A DNA stretch of 57,389 nucleotides from a bacterium. GTDB taxonomy: Bacteria; Margulisbacteria; WOR-1; O2-12-FULL-45-9; XYB2-FULL-48-7. Where the stretch lies: NCBI GenBank assembly GCA_043812655.1, contig JBDRLW010000022.1:1-57389 (forward strand), written 5' to 3'. The notes beneath the pieces are model-generated. The model did no database searches. It saw only the letters and a program-made list of their open reading frames with translations, and was not told the origin of the DNA. Below are positions 39,113 to 48,575 of this stretch, piece by piece. A program made the position numbers and the translations under genes. The first letter of the stretch is position 1, and every line of letters begins with the position of its first letter.

Positions 39113-39839
39113 GACGGATCATCTGCTCCATTTGGAGCAATTCTTCGCGGGTGTTGATCCCCAAGGTCTCCTGATAATTGGCAGTTTTATAAGCCGCGAT
39201 CGGGAGGCCTCTCCGCCGCATGATCTCCAGCGTGTCGGTCAGATAATATTCTTTTTGGACATTTTCAGCCTTAACTTCTTTCAAGGCGGAAAAAAGTGCT
39301 TCCTTATTAAAACAAAAAGTCCCGGTATTAAATTCTTTTATTTTAAGCTCTTCTGGCGTTGCGTCTTTTTTTTCGACGATCCGCAGGACCTGCCCTGCTT
39401 CATCTCGCACGATCCGACCATAATTTCCGGCATCTTCCAGTTCTGCCGTCAGGTCGGTCGCCACCGCTTGGTGTTTTTCATGGAATTCAACCAATGATTT
39501 AAGTGTTTTCTTGCTGATCATTGGGACATCGCCGGCTAAGACCAAGACATTGCCGCTTATCCCCCGCAGTTGCCCCTCCGCCTGCATGACCGCGTGCCCC
39601 GTCCCCAACTGTTCCGCCTGGACCACGAACTCGATCGGCCAATCTTTATAATGATCGGTAATTAATTCTTTTTTGTGGCCAACAACCACAATGGTTTTTT
39701 GGGGTTTAAGTTTGGCTACTGTTTTTAAGACATAACTTAGCATCGGCTCCCCCAGGATCGGGTGGAAAACTTTCGGCAAGTCTGACTTCATCCTCGTCCC
39801 TTTTCCCGCCGCTAGTACGATCGCCATGAGCGCTGTCAT
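39105..39839 (-). CDS. GlmU-like uridyltransferase, N-terminal domain only
   Basis: LAAGKGTRMKSDLPKV, QLGTGHAV, GDVP, YGRIVR, EYYLTD; no LbH domain. Confidence 0.9.
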   Translation of the reverse strand: MTALMAIVLAAGKGTRMKSDLPKVFHPILGEPMLSYVLKTVAKLKPQKTIVVVGHKKELITDHYKDWPIEFVVQAEQLGTGHAVMQAEGQLRGISGNVLVLAGDVPMISKKTLKSLVEFHEKHQAVATDLTAELEDAGNYGRIVRDEAGQVLRIVEKKDATPEELKIKEFNTGTFCFNKEALFSALKEVKAENVQKEYYLTDTLEIMRRRGLPIAAYKTANYQETLGINTREELLQMEQMIRHV

Positions 39840-39922
39840 AATTCCATTGTAACAACAAAGGCTATGATTGACAAGCGACCCTGTTTTCTGTTATTATTTT
39901 GCTTCCGGTTAACGTTTTTCGC

Positions 39923-40429
39923 ATGTCAGATTCTACTCGTAGTAAAATTATTGAAAAACTCAAAACCACGCTTAGCCGTGGGCGTTTCCTGCATTCCCTG
40001 CGGGTTGAAGAAACGGCCCTCCGTTTAGGAGAGAAATACCGAGTTAATAAAAAGAAAGTCTCCCTGGCCGCCCTGCTCCATGATTACGCGAAAAGGCAGC
40101 CGGACCCAAAACTGCTCCATGCGAAGCTCGGGGCAAAGCTGGCGGCCAAAGAATTTGGCATCAGATCAAAAGAGATACTGGATGCGATCAGGCATCATAC
40201 GACCGGCGGGGAAAAGATGACCAAGCTCGAAAAGATCATCTACCTGGCCGACCATATGGAAGCCGGCCGTGATTTTCCTGGCGTCAAAAAACTACGCCGC
40301 TTAGCTTTTACAGACCTGGACAAAGCGGTCTGTTTATCGGCAACGCTGACGCTGGAGTTTTTATTGAGGAAAAACTTGCCGATCGCCTTGCAGACCATAA
40401 AGACCAGGAACAGTTACTTAAATAAATGA
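39923..40429 (+). CDS. yqeK: YqeK HD-domain Ap4A hydrolase
   Basis: RFLHSLRV, LLHDYAK, HHTTG, IYLAD; upstream of LCP and rsfS. Confidence 0.88.
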   Translation: MSDSTRSKIIEKLKTTLSRGRFLHSLRVEETALRLGEKYRVNKKKVSLAALLHDYAKRQPDPKLLHAKLGAKLAAKEFGIRSKEILDAIRHHTTGGEKMTKLEKIIYLADHMEAGRDFPGVKKLRRLAFTDLDKAVCLSATLTLEFLLRKNLPIALQTIKTRNSYLNK

Positions 40430-41310
40430 AAAAAATAGTTTTAACAACTTTAATTGTTGTGGTTTCAATTGTTGGCTTAACTAGTTTAGCTATTAGCATC
40501 GCTTCAAGGGTCGCGATCCTCAATGTTTTTCTTAGCCTTACCCCAACCGCGCCGATGCTGGCCGAAACCAATGTCTTAGTTTTAGGCGTCGATGCCGAAG
40601 GCGGCGTCAGGTCTGACACCATTATGGTCTTGCATATAAATCCGGAAAAACGGACGGCGGGCCTCGTTTCTATTCCCCGGGATACACTGGCCATCCTGCC
40701 CGGCCATGGGATGGACAAGATCAACCACTCTTACGCTTACGGCGGGGTTGAGCTAGCCCGCCAAACCGTCCAAGATTTTTTACGCGTTAACATCCCCTAC
40801 TACGTTATAGTCAATCTAACCGGGATCCAAAAGATCATTGATGATCTTGGGGGCGTAACGGTTAATGTTGAAAAACGGATGTATTACACCGACTACGCCC
40901 AAAATTTATTCATCGACTTATATCCAGGGAGACAAAAGCTTAACGGCCGCCAAGCTATGGGTTATCTCCGGTTCCGCCACACTGATAATGACTTCGCCAG
41001 GATCGGACGACAGCAAAACTTTCTTCATTCAGTCGCCGGAGAACTAATGAATAAGCAAAATATTTTTAAGACTCCGGGAGTATTCCTTTCTCTTTTTGAT
41101 TGCGTCCATACTAATTTTTCTCCCAGGGAAGTTTTAGGTGTTTCTTTGGCCCTTCGGGGAGCCTATGAGCTAGGCAATCTTAACATGACCATGATTTCCG
41201 GTACCGACTTGGTCGTAGATGGTATATACTATTTGAAGGCTAATGAGGCGGAAGTTGAAAAGATCGTAGATAAGTACTTAAACGGCAGGAATGTCGCCTC
41301 TTCAGGATAG
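40426..41310 (+). CDS. LytR-CpsA-Psr family protein
   Basis: LGVD, RSDTIM, SIPRD, KINHSY, DFARIGRQQ. Confidence 0.93.
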   Translation: MKKIVLTTLIVVVSIVGLTSLAISIASRVAILNVFLSLTPTAPMLAETNVLVLGVDAEGGVRSDTIMVLHINPEKRTAGLVSIPRDTLAILPGHGMDKINHSYAYGGVELARQTVQDFLRVNIPYYVIVNLTGIQKIIDDLGGVTVNVEKRMYYTDYAQNLFIDLYPGRQKLNGRQAMGYLRFRHTDNDFARIGRQQNFLHSVAGELMNKQNIFKTPGVFLSLFDCVHTNFSPREVLGVSLALRGAYELGNLNMTMISGTDLVVDGIYYLKANEAEVEKIVDKYLNGRNVASSG

Positions 41311-41641
41311 GGATGTAACCCAATTGGTCGTCAGCGCAGCTGAAGCTAAGCTGGCGAACGAAATAAAGGTCCTGGATGTCAGGAAAACTTCCGATGTTTT
41401 GGATTACTTGGTGATCTGCGGCGGCGAATCCCAGCCGCAGATCAGGGCGATCGAACATGAGATCGATCGGGTCCTGCGCGAAAAAGATATAAAAGGATTT
41501 AAGTGGGAGGGGGTGATCGGTTCCGGCTGGGTCGTGCTTGACCTGGGGTCAGTAGTCGTTCACGTCATGGATAACAAGTCCCGTGAGCATTACCGGCTTG
41601 AAGAGTTGTGGGGCAAGGAGGCAGTGGTTTATCATTACTAG
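41291..41641 (+). CDS. rsfS: Ribosome silencing factor
   Basis: WVVLDLGSVVVHVM...YRLEELW. Confidence 0.93.
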   Translation: MSPLQDRDVTQLVVSAAEAKLANEIKVLDVRKTSDVLDYLVICGGESQPQIRAIEHEIDRVLREKDIKGFKWEGVIGSGWVVLDLGSVVVHVMDNKSREHYRLEELWGKEAVVYHY

Positions 41642-41652
41642 GCGTAAAATGT

Positions 41653-41725
41653 GGGGCCGTAGTTCAGCTGGAAGAATGCTTGACTGGCAGTCAAGAGGTC
41701 AGGGGTTCAAATCCCCTCGGCTCCA
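41653..41725 (+). tRNA. tRNA-Ala (GGC)
   Basis: GGGGCCG acceptor with G3:U70, loop CTGGCAG, GGTTCAAATCC. Confidence 0.95.
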
Positions 41726-41751
41726 CTTTATTTTAAAAGGAGGAAAAGTAA

Positions 41752-44457
41752 ATGGCTAAGGCTAAGAGTAAAGTTTCAAAAAAAGGCAAGTTTGTTTATC
41801 TGTTCGGAGGCTCCAAGACTGACGGTAACGCGACGATGAAAAATTTGTTGGGTGGCAAAGGCGCCAACCTGGCGGAAATGGGAAAATTGGGGATCCCCGT
41901 CCCTCCCGGCTTCACGATCACGACCGAAATGTGCACGGTTTATTATAAGTTGAACCGGAAATATCCAAAAGAACTTACCACCCAGATGGAAAATGGGGTG
42001 AAACACATTGAAAAAACAATGGGGGCGATCTTCGGCGACAAAAAGAATCCCCTCCTCGTCTCCGTCCGCTCCGGCGCCAGGGTTTCAATGCCAGGGATGA
42101 TGGACACTGTCCTCAACCTTGGACTTAATGACGAGACCGTCAAAGGTTTAGCTGAAAATTCCGGCAATGAGAGATTCGCTTGGGACGCTTACCGCCGCTT
42201 TGTCCAAATGTACGGCGATGTCGTGCTAGGCCTTAAACCGCAAAGCAAGACCGATATCGATCCGTTTGAAGAGATCATGGATGAAGTTAAAGAAAAGAAA
42301 GGGATCAAATCTGACGTTGACCTAACGGTTGATGATCTAAAAGAATTGGTTGCCCTCTTTAAAAAAGCGATCAAAACCCGTAAAGGGATGGATTTCCCCG
42401 AAGACCCATGGAAACAACTTTGGGGCGCGATCGAAGCGGTTTTCGGTTCTTGGATGGGTGAACGGGCGATCAAATACCGCCAGATCAACAAAGTTCCGCA
42501 CGAATGGGGAACGGCGGTTAACGTCCAAGCGATGGTCTTTGGTAATATGGGCGATGACTCCGGCACCGGGGTCGCCTTTACCCGCAACCCTTCAACCGGA
42601 GAACACAAATTTTATGGTGAGTACCTGATCAATGCCCAAGGCGAAGATGTTGTCGCCGGGATCAGGACGCCGCAACCGGTCAATAAATCAACTAAAACAT
42701 CGGTCGACCAAAAAACGCTGGAAGAAGTTATGCCGGCCGCCTACAAAACACTGGAAACAATTTACCAGCGGCTAGAAAAACATTATAAGGACATGCAAGA
42801 CATTGAGTTTACGATCCAGCGCGGTAAACTCTGGATGCTGCAGACAAGAACAGGGAAACGGACCGCGGCAGCCGCGCTTAAGATCGCTTGCGATATGGTC
42901 AACGAAAAGTTGATCGATATCAAAGCCGCTCTTTTGCGTGTCTCCCCAGAACAGATCGATCAACTCCTCCACCCGATGTTCGATCCTAAAGCCAAGAAAG
43001 AAGTGATCTCCAAAGGTCTCCCCGCCTCTCCCGGCGCCGCTAGCGGCCAAGTGGTCTTTCACGCCGACGATGCCGAGAACTGGGTCAAGGACGGGAAGAA
43101 AGTTATCTTGGTCAGGATCGAAACTTCACCGGAAGATATCGGCGGGATGAACGTGGCCGAAGGTATTTTAACCGCTAGAGGTGGAATGACCTCCCACGCG
43201 GCCGTCGTAGCTAGGGGGATGGGAAAATGCTGCGTTGCCGGTTGCGGCGCGATCAACATCAACTACAAGACCAAACAATTCGAGGTTAATGACACCGTCA
43301 TTAAAGAAGGTGAATGGCTGTCGATCAATGGTTCTTCCGGGGAAGTGATGAAAGGTAAGGTCGATACGATCGTTCCGGAACTTTCCGGCGACTTTGGCAA
43401 ATTAATGGGCTGGGCCGATAAATTCCGCCGTCTTAAGGTCAGGACCAATGCCGATACGCCGCACGATTCAAAAGTCGCCCGGGAATTTGGCGCCGAAGGA
43501 ATCGGCCTTTGCCGGACCGAACACATGTTCTTTGAAGGCGACAGGATCAAAGCTGTCCGCGAAATGATCTTGGCCGATGATGTGGTCGGACGCAAGAAAG
43601 CGCTGGCCAAACTCCTCCCCATGCAAAAGGGTGATTTTATCGGGATCTTTGAAGCAATGAAAGGGCTCCCAGTTACCATCCGCTTGCTTGATCCTCCACT
43701 CCACGAATTCGTCCCGCACGAAGCGGCCCAACAAGCTGAAATTGCCGCCGATATGGGAATTAGCGCCGAAAAAGTTAAGCAAAAAGTTGACTCGCTCCAT
43801 GAGTTCAACCCGATGCTTGGTCACCGGGGATGCCGGCTCGGAATTATCTATCCCGAGATCACCGAAATGCAGGCTCGGGCGATCATTGAAGCCGCCTGCG
43901 AGCTGAAGAAAAAAGGGCTCACCGTTAAACCAGAGATCATGGTCCCGCTCGTCGGCGAAGTCAAGGAACTTTCCAATCAAGTTGATTTGATCAGGAAAGT
44001 AGCCAAAGAAACCACCGAGAAATTCGGCGTCAAGATCGACTATCAGGTCGGGACAATGATCGAGATCCCGCGCGCGGCCTTAACCGCCGATAAGATCGCT
44101 GAAGTGGCCGAATTCTTCTCCTGCGGTACCAACGACCTGACCCAGATGACCCTCGGCCTCTCGCGCGACGATGCCGGTAAATTCTTGCCTGCTTACGTGG
44201 AAATGGGGATCTATAAAAATGATCCCTTCCAAGTCCTTGACGCGGAAGGCGTTGGCCAATTGGTGAAGATGGCAGTTGAAAAAGGACGCAAGACCCGCAA
44301 AGACCTTAAAGTTGGGATCTGCGGCGAACATGGCGGCGACCCAGAATCGGTCAAATTCTGCCACCATGCCGGACTTAACTATGTAAGTTGTTCTCCTTAT
44401 CGCGTCCCCATTGCCAGACTAGCGGCCGCCCAAGCAGTAATTGAAGAACATAATTAG
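41752..44457 (+). CDS. ppdK: Pyruvate, phosphate dikinase
   Basis: [40 protein letters not shown]. Confidence 0.98.
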   Translation: MAKAKSKVSKKGKFVYLFGGSKTDGNATMKNLLGGKGANLAEMGKLGIPVPPGFTITTEMCTVYYKLNRKYPKELTTQMENGVKHIEKTMGAIFGDKKNPLLVSVRSGARVSMPGMMDTVLNLGLNDETVKGLAENSGNERFAWDAYRRFVQMYGDVVLGLKPQSKTDIDPFEEIMDEVKEKKGIKSDVDLTVDDLKELVALFKKAIKTRKGMDFPEDPWKQLWGAIEAVFGSWMGERAIKYRQINKVPHEWGTAVNVQAMVFGNMGDDSGTGVAFTRNPSTGEHKFYGEYLINAQGEDVVAGIRTPQPVNKSTKTSVDQKTLEEVMPAAYKTLETIYQRLEKHYKDMQDIEFTIQRGKLWMLQTRTGKRTAAAALKIACDMVNEKLIDIKAALLRVSPEQIDQLLHPMFDPKAKKEVISKGLPASPGAASGQVVFHADDAENWVKDGKKVILVRIETSPEDIGGMNVAEGILTARGGMTSHAAVVARGMGKCCVAGCGAININYKTKQFEVNDTVIKEGEWLSINGSSGEVMKGKVDTIVPELSGDFGKLMGWADKFRRLKVRTNADTPHDSKVAREFGAEGIGLCRTEHMFFEGDRIKAVREMILADDVVGRKKALAKLLPMQKGDFIGIFEAMKGLPVTIRLLDPPLHEFVPHEAAQQAEIAADMGISAEKVKQKVDSLHEFNPMLGHRGCRLGIIYPEITEMQARAIIEAACELKKKGLTVKPEIMVPLVGEVKELSNQVDLIRKVAKETTEKFGVKIDYQVGTMIEIPRAALTADKIAEVAEFFSCGTNDLTQMTLGLSRDDAGKFLPAYVEMGIYKNDPFQVLDAEGVGQLVKMAVEKGRKTRKDLKVGICGEHGGDPESVKFCHHAGLNYVSCSPYRVPIARLAAAQAVIEEHN

Positions 44458-45430
44458 GCACGAAATAGAAGATCGGGAGAGAGAGACCCTCTCTCCCGAA
44501 GCTGCCTTGGCAGTGAACAGCCGGGGGCGAAAGCGTCCGGAAAAAGAGTGTGATTTTCGGACCGCTTATCAACGGGATCGTGATAAGGTCCTCCACTGCA
44601 AATCTTTTAGGCGGTTGAAACATAAGACCCAAGTTTTTATCTCTCCCGTCGAAGACCACTATCGGACCAGATTAACCCACACGCTAGAAGTTTCGCAGAT
44701 CGCCAGGACCATTGCCCGGGCGCTCCGTTTAAATGAAGACCTAACTGAAGCGATCGCCCTCGCCCACGATCTTGGCCATACCCCATTTGGCCACGCCGGT
44801 GAATATGTCTTGGCTGAGATCTTAAGTAAAAATTACGGCCGCAATTTTTTCCATAATGAACAAAGCGTCCGGGTCGTAGAAGTGATCGACGACCTTAATT
44901 TATCGCTCGAAGTTATTGACGGCATCAAGAACCATACGCCGGACGACCCGTGGCCGGAAACGCTCGAAGGGCAGATCGTCCGCCTGGCTGACCGTTTTGC
45001 CTATCTCCGGCATGATATCGAAGATGCGATCAGAGCTGGGGTACTAAGGGAAAAGGACCTGCCCAAAAAACATCTCAAGGTTTTGGGTAAAAATATTTTA
45101 GATTCCCTGGTCCGGAGCATCATCACCAAAAGCCGGGGCAAAAAACAAATTGCCTTAGAGCCCAAAGTCCAGATCGCCATGGACGGACTCTATGACTTCA
45201 TGTATAAAAGTGTTTATACCAATCCAACGGCAAAAAAAGAAGAAAGCAAAGTTCCTGAGCTTATTAAACAGCTCTTCCGGCACTATCATTACGACGCCAT
45301 ATTCCAAAAGGGGGTCAAGGAAGAAGACCAATTACAGCATACCGTTGACTTTATTGCCGGCATGACCGACCGCTACGCTATAAATAAATTTGAAGAACTT
45401 TTTGTACCAGGTGAATGGAGAAAACTCTAA
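44441..45430 (+). CDS. dgt: Deoxyguanosinetriphosphate triphosphohydrolase
   Basis: [42 protein letters not shown]. Confidence 0.93.
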   Translation: MKNIIRHEIEDRERETLSPEAALAVNSRGRKRPEKECDFRTAYQRDRDKVLHCKSFRRLKHKTQVFISPVEDHYRTRLTHTLEVSQIARTIARALRLNEDLTEAIALAHDLGHTPFGHAGEYVLAEILSKNYGRNFFHNEQSVRVVEVIDDLNLSLEVIDGIKNHTPDDPWPETLEGQIVRLADRFAYLRHDIEDAIRAGVLREKDLPKKHLKVLGKNILDSLVRSIITKSRGKKQIALEPKVQIAMDGLYDFMYKSVYTNPTAKKEESKVPELIKQLFRHYHYDAIFQKGVKEEDQLQHTVDFIAGMTDRYAINKFEELFVPGEWRKL

Positions 45431-45544
45431 ATCCTAAACCCTAAATTCTAAACAAATTCAAATAAAAGATAAGCTCCAATGTTTAAAACTTAGAAAATTT
45501 GAATTAGTATTTATTTAGAGTTTAGAATTTAGTGCTTAGAATTT
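45422..45544 (+). repeat. ORF-less copy of the heptamer inverted-repeat cassette
   Basis: Arms aaactctaaatcctaaaccctaaattctaaa and tttagagtttagaatttagtgcttagaattt closely match the arms at 25671-26132. Confidence 0.85.
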
Positions 45545-45550
45545 AATATT

Positions 45551-47275
45551 ATGATCTCAAAAGAAAAATTAGAAGAAATACGAAGCCGGGCCGATATAGT
45601 CGCGATCATTTCCGAATATGTTCCCCTAAAAAAACGAGGGCGTAATTTTTTGGGCCTCTGCCCTTTCCACTCTGAAAAAACCGCCTCCTTTACCGTGTCG
45701 CCGGAAAAACAATTATTCCATTGCTTTGGCTGCGGCGAAGGGGGAAATGTCTTTGCCTTCCTGATGAAGATCGAAGATGTTGGCTTTGCTCAAGCGGCTT
45801 ATGAAGTCGCGGAAAAAGTTGGGATCATCGTTGATAAACCCCAAGCCGGCGGCACAACCAAATCAGATAAAGACAAACTCTATGATGTTCTTAAATTGGC
45901 CAACAAGTTTTTTGTGGACAACTTAAGCGGCCCAGCTAAAGATTATTTACAAGCTCGAGGGATAAACGATGAGACAGCGGCCAAATTCTCCCTCGGCTTC
46001 GCTCCCGAAGCTTGGGATGGCCTCTTTAAGCATTTGATCTCGCGCGGCGCCGCGCCGCCAGCGATCGAAGCAGCCGGCTTGATCCTTCCCCGAGAAGGAA
46101 AAGATGGTTTTTATGATCGTTTTAGGAACCGTTTAATGTTCCCGGTCTTTGACCTGCGCGGCCGGGTGATCGCTTTTTCGGGCCGGGCGCTTGACGGCAA
46201 AGAGCCGAAATATCTAAACTCGCCAGATACCGCCATTTATCGCAAGGGCGATAACATTTTTGGCCTCTTCACCACTAAAGAAGAAATGAAAACAGTTAAA
46301 ACCGCTGTCCTAGTGGAAGGGAACCTTGATCTTCTATCGAGCTATCAAGCCGGCGTCCATAATGTTGCGGCGCCGCTCGGTACAGCCCTGACAACTAACC
46401 AATGCAAGTTGCTCTCCCGTTTTTCCGATACTATTGTGTTAGCCTTTGACGCTGATTCAGCCGGCCAAGCCGCTACTATTAGATCTGCTGAACTTCTGCG
46501 CAGCCAAGGTTTACGGGTTAAAGTCGCCACCTGGAACGAGGCTAAAGATCCCGATGAATTGATAAAAAGATCCGGGGTGGAAACTTTTAAGCAAGCGATT
46601 AATGGGGCCCTTCCCTTCCTTGAATTTATGATCAGGAATATTTTAGCCGGGCAAAACCTGGCCGAGATCGAAGGGCGGGCCAAAGCGTTAAAAAACATCA
46701 GTTCCCTGCTTGGGCGAGAAGAAGATCTCTTCACCCAAAAAGAGTATGCCAAACTGGCAGCGGGGCTTTTAGGCGTTGATTCGGAAACAATTTTAGCGGA
46801 AACCGGCCGGCAAAGTTTTTACCAGCAAGGCGGCGGCAAAGACCTGCGGCGGACAACCAGCAAACCGGCTTCAGGACTTTTGGAAGCAGAGAAAAAGCTG
46901 ATCGCTTTGTCAGCGCAAAATATGGCGGCCCTGGAAACGGTCAAAAAAGAACTTGAGCCAGCCTCTTTTAGCACCAAAGCGGCGCGTCAGATAGCTAAAG
47001 TTTTATTTAACGCCGACCCGGCAGAGGATTTGGCCCATTTTGTCGTGGCAAATTTACAGGATGAAGAACCGAAAAAATTCCTGACCCAGGTCTTATTAAG
47101 CGAAGACCTGGAAAATCCCGACCAGATCTTAATGGATTGCATCGCCGTAATTAAGGCCCAAGGGGGGAAAGCCAGGATCGCCCAGCTAAAAAGCGCTCTG
47201 GTAGAAGCGGAAAAGCAGGGGAATGCCGAAAAAGCGGCAGAAATCCTCTCGTCATTAAAGGGTGAAATTTCCTAA
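45551..47275 (+). CDS. dnaG: DNA primase
   Basis: CPFHSEKT..CFGC zinc finger, KYLNSP, VEG..D, AFDADSAG Toprim. Confidence 0.97.
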   Translation: MISKEKLEEIRSRADIVAIISEYVPLKKRGRNFLGLCPFHSEKTASFTVSPEKQLFHCFGCGEGGNVFAFLMKIEDVGFAQAAYEVAEKVGIIVDKPQAGGTTKSDKDKLYDVLKLANKFFVDNLSGPAKDYLQARGINDETAAKFSLGFAPEAWDGLFKHLISRGAAPPAIEAAGLILPREGKDGFYDRFRNRLMFPVFDLRGRVIAFSGRALDGKEPKYLNSPDTAIYRKGDNIFGLFTTKEEMKTVKTAVLVEGNLDLLSSYQAGVHNVAAPLGTALTTNQCKLLSRFSDTIVLAFDADSAGQAATIRSAELLRSQGLRVKVATWNEAKDPDELIKRSGVETFKQAINGALPFLEFMIRNILAGQNLAEIEGRAKALKNISSLLGREEDLFTQKEYAKLAAGLLGVDSETILAETGRQSFYQQGGGKDLRRTTSKPASGLLEAEKKLIALSAQNMAALETVKKELEPASFSTKAARQIAKVLFNADPAEDLAHFVVANLQDEEPKKFLTQVLLSEDLENPDQILMDCIAVIKAQGGKARIAQLKSALVEAEKQGNAEKAAEILSSLKGEIS

Positions 47276-47290
47276 AGTAGTGTCCGATAA
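47263..47290 (+). promoter_or_regulatory. sigma28-like promoter TGAAATT-N13-TCCGATAA in front of rpoD
   Basis: Same spacing as the other copies; followed by GGAGG SD and ATG 47308. Confidence 0.6.
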
Positions 47291-47307
47291 CAAATTGGAG
47301 GTATTAA

Positions 47308-48366
47308 ATGTTTGGAAAAAGAGAAGATTTTGAGACTTTGCGGGCCGCGGCTTCGCGCAAAGGTTTTTTAACGCCCGAAGAGATCTTATCGGTCTATCCG
47401 CATCCGGAAAAGAACTTAGATGACATCGAGCAATTGCTTGGGCTGGGCATCGAACTTTCCGACCGGAAGGGAAAACCCGAAGAGTTCCACATCAAGCATG
47501 ACGAACTCCACACCGAACTCGCCGAAATTAAAGGGATCGGAGTCGACGACACGGTCAGGATGTACCTGCGTGAGATCGGCAAATTTCCCCTCCTGACTTC
47601 AGAAGAGGAGATCGTTTTAGCCAAACGGCTTAAAGCGGGCGATATGCGCGCCAAGCACAAGCTGGTCAACTCCAACTTGCGGCTCGTCGTCTCCATTGCC
47701 AAAAAATATACCGGCCGCGGGATGCTCTTCCTCGATCTCGTCCAAGAAGGGAATTTGGGGCTTATCCGGGCGGTCGAAAAGTTTGATTACCGGAAAGGCT
47801 ATAAATTCTCGACTTATGCCACTTGGTGGATCAGGCAGGCCATAACCCGGGCGATCGCCGACCAGGCCAGGACGATCAGGATCCCTGTCCACATGATCGA
47901 AACGATCAACCGATTGCGCAAAACATCTAGGATCTTATTGCAACAGCTTGGCCACAAGCCGACGGAAAAAGAGATCGCTCAACGGGCCAGGATGTCAGTT
48001 GATAAAGTCAGAGAGATCTTGCGGATCTCGCAAGTCCCCCTCTCCCTGGAAGCACCAATCGGCGATGAAGAAAGTTCCAGGCTGGGTGATTTCGTCGAAG
48101 ACGGGACTATCCAAGCCCCTGACGATATCGTTTTACAGGGCTTACTGCGCGACGATCTAGAAGAAGTGATGAGTACCCTCTCCGAACGGGAAAGGACGGT
48201 CCTTAAGCTCCGTTTTGGCCTTGATGACGGACATCCGCGCACGCTCGAAGAAGTAGGGAAAGTTTTTGCGGTTACCCGTGAACGCATCCGGCAGATCGAA
48301 GCCAAAGCTTTGCGGAAACTTAAACACCCGACAAGGGCGCGGAAACTGCGGGAATACCTGAAGTAA
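47308..48366 (+). CDS. rpoD: Primary sigma factor
   Basis: [43 protein letters not shown]; follows dnaG. Confidence 0.97.
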   Translation: MFGKREDFETLRAAASRKGFLTPEEILSVYPHPEKNLDDIEQLLGLGIELSDRKGKPEEFHIKHDELHTELAEIKGIGVDDTVRMYLREIGKFPLLTSEEEIVLAKRLKAGDMRAKHKLVNSNLRLVVSIAKKYTGRGMLFLDLVQEGNLGLIRAVEKFDYRKGYKFSTYATWWIRQAITRAIADQARTIRIPVHMIETINRLRKTSRILLQQLGHKPTEKEIAQRARMSVDKVREILRISQVPLSLEAPIGDEESSRLGDFVEDGTIQAPDDIVLQGLLRDDLEEVMSTLSERERTVLKLRFGLDDGHPRTLEEVGKVFAVTRERIRQIEAKALRKLKHPTRARKLREYLK

Positions 48367-48531
48367 TTATTCCTTAGGCCAGGTGCTAACGTCTGGACCG
48401 TATTTTTCCTTGTTTTCCAAAAGTTTTTTCTTAAGTATAGCTACATTATTGCCTAGATCACCGATCGTCTTTTCAAAATCCTCAACCTGCTTAAGCAATT
48501 CGTCCAAATTTTTCGCTTTTTGTTCTGCCAT
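48367..48531 (-). CDS. Small (54 aa) coiled-coil hypothetical protein
   Basis: MAEQKAKNLDELL...; GGAGG SD and TGATATAAT extended -10 upstream. Confidence 0.65.
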   Translation of the reverse strand: MAEQKAKNLDELLKQVEDFEKTIGDLGNNVAILKKKLLENKEKYGPDVSTWPKE

Positions 48532-48575
48532 GTTCAATCCCTCCTGCTGGTCTGATCTGGCAATTATATCATAAA

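Noticed and set aside
25671..45544. Heptamer arrays as CRISPR repeats
   Set aside because: Units are 7-8 nt, tandem and inverted, with no unique spacers and no cas genes.
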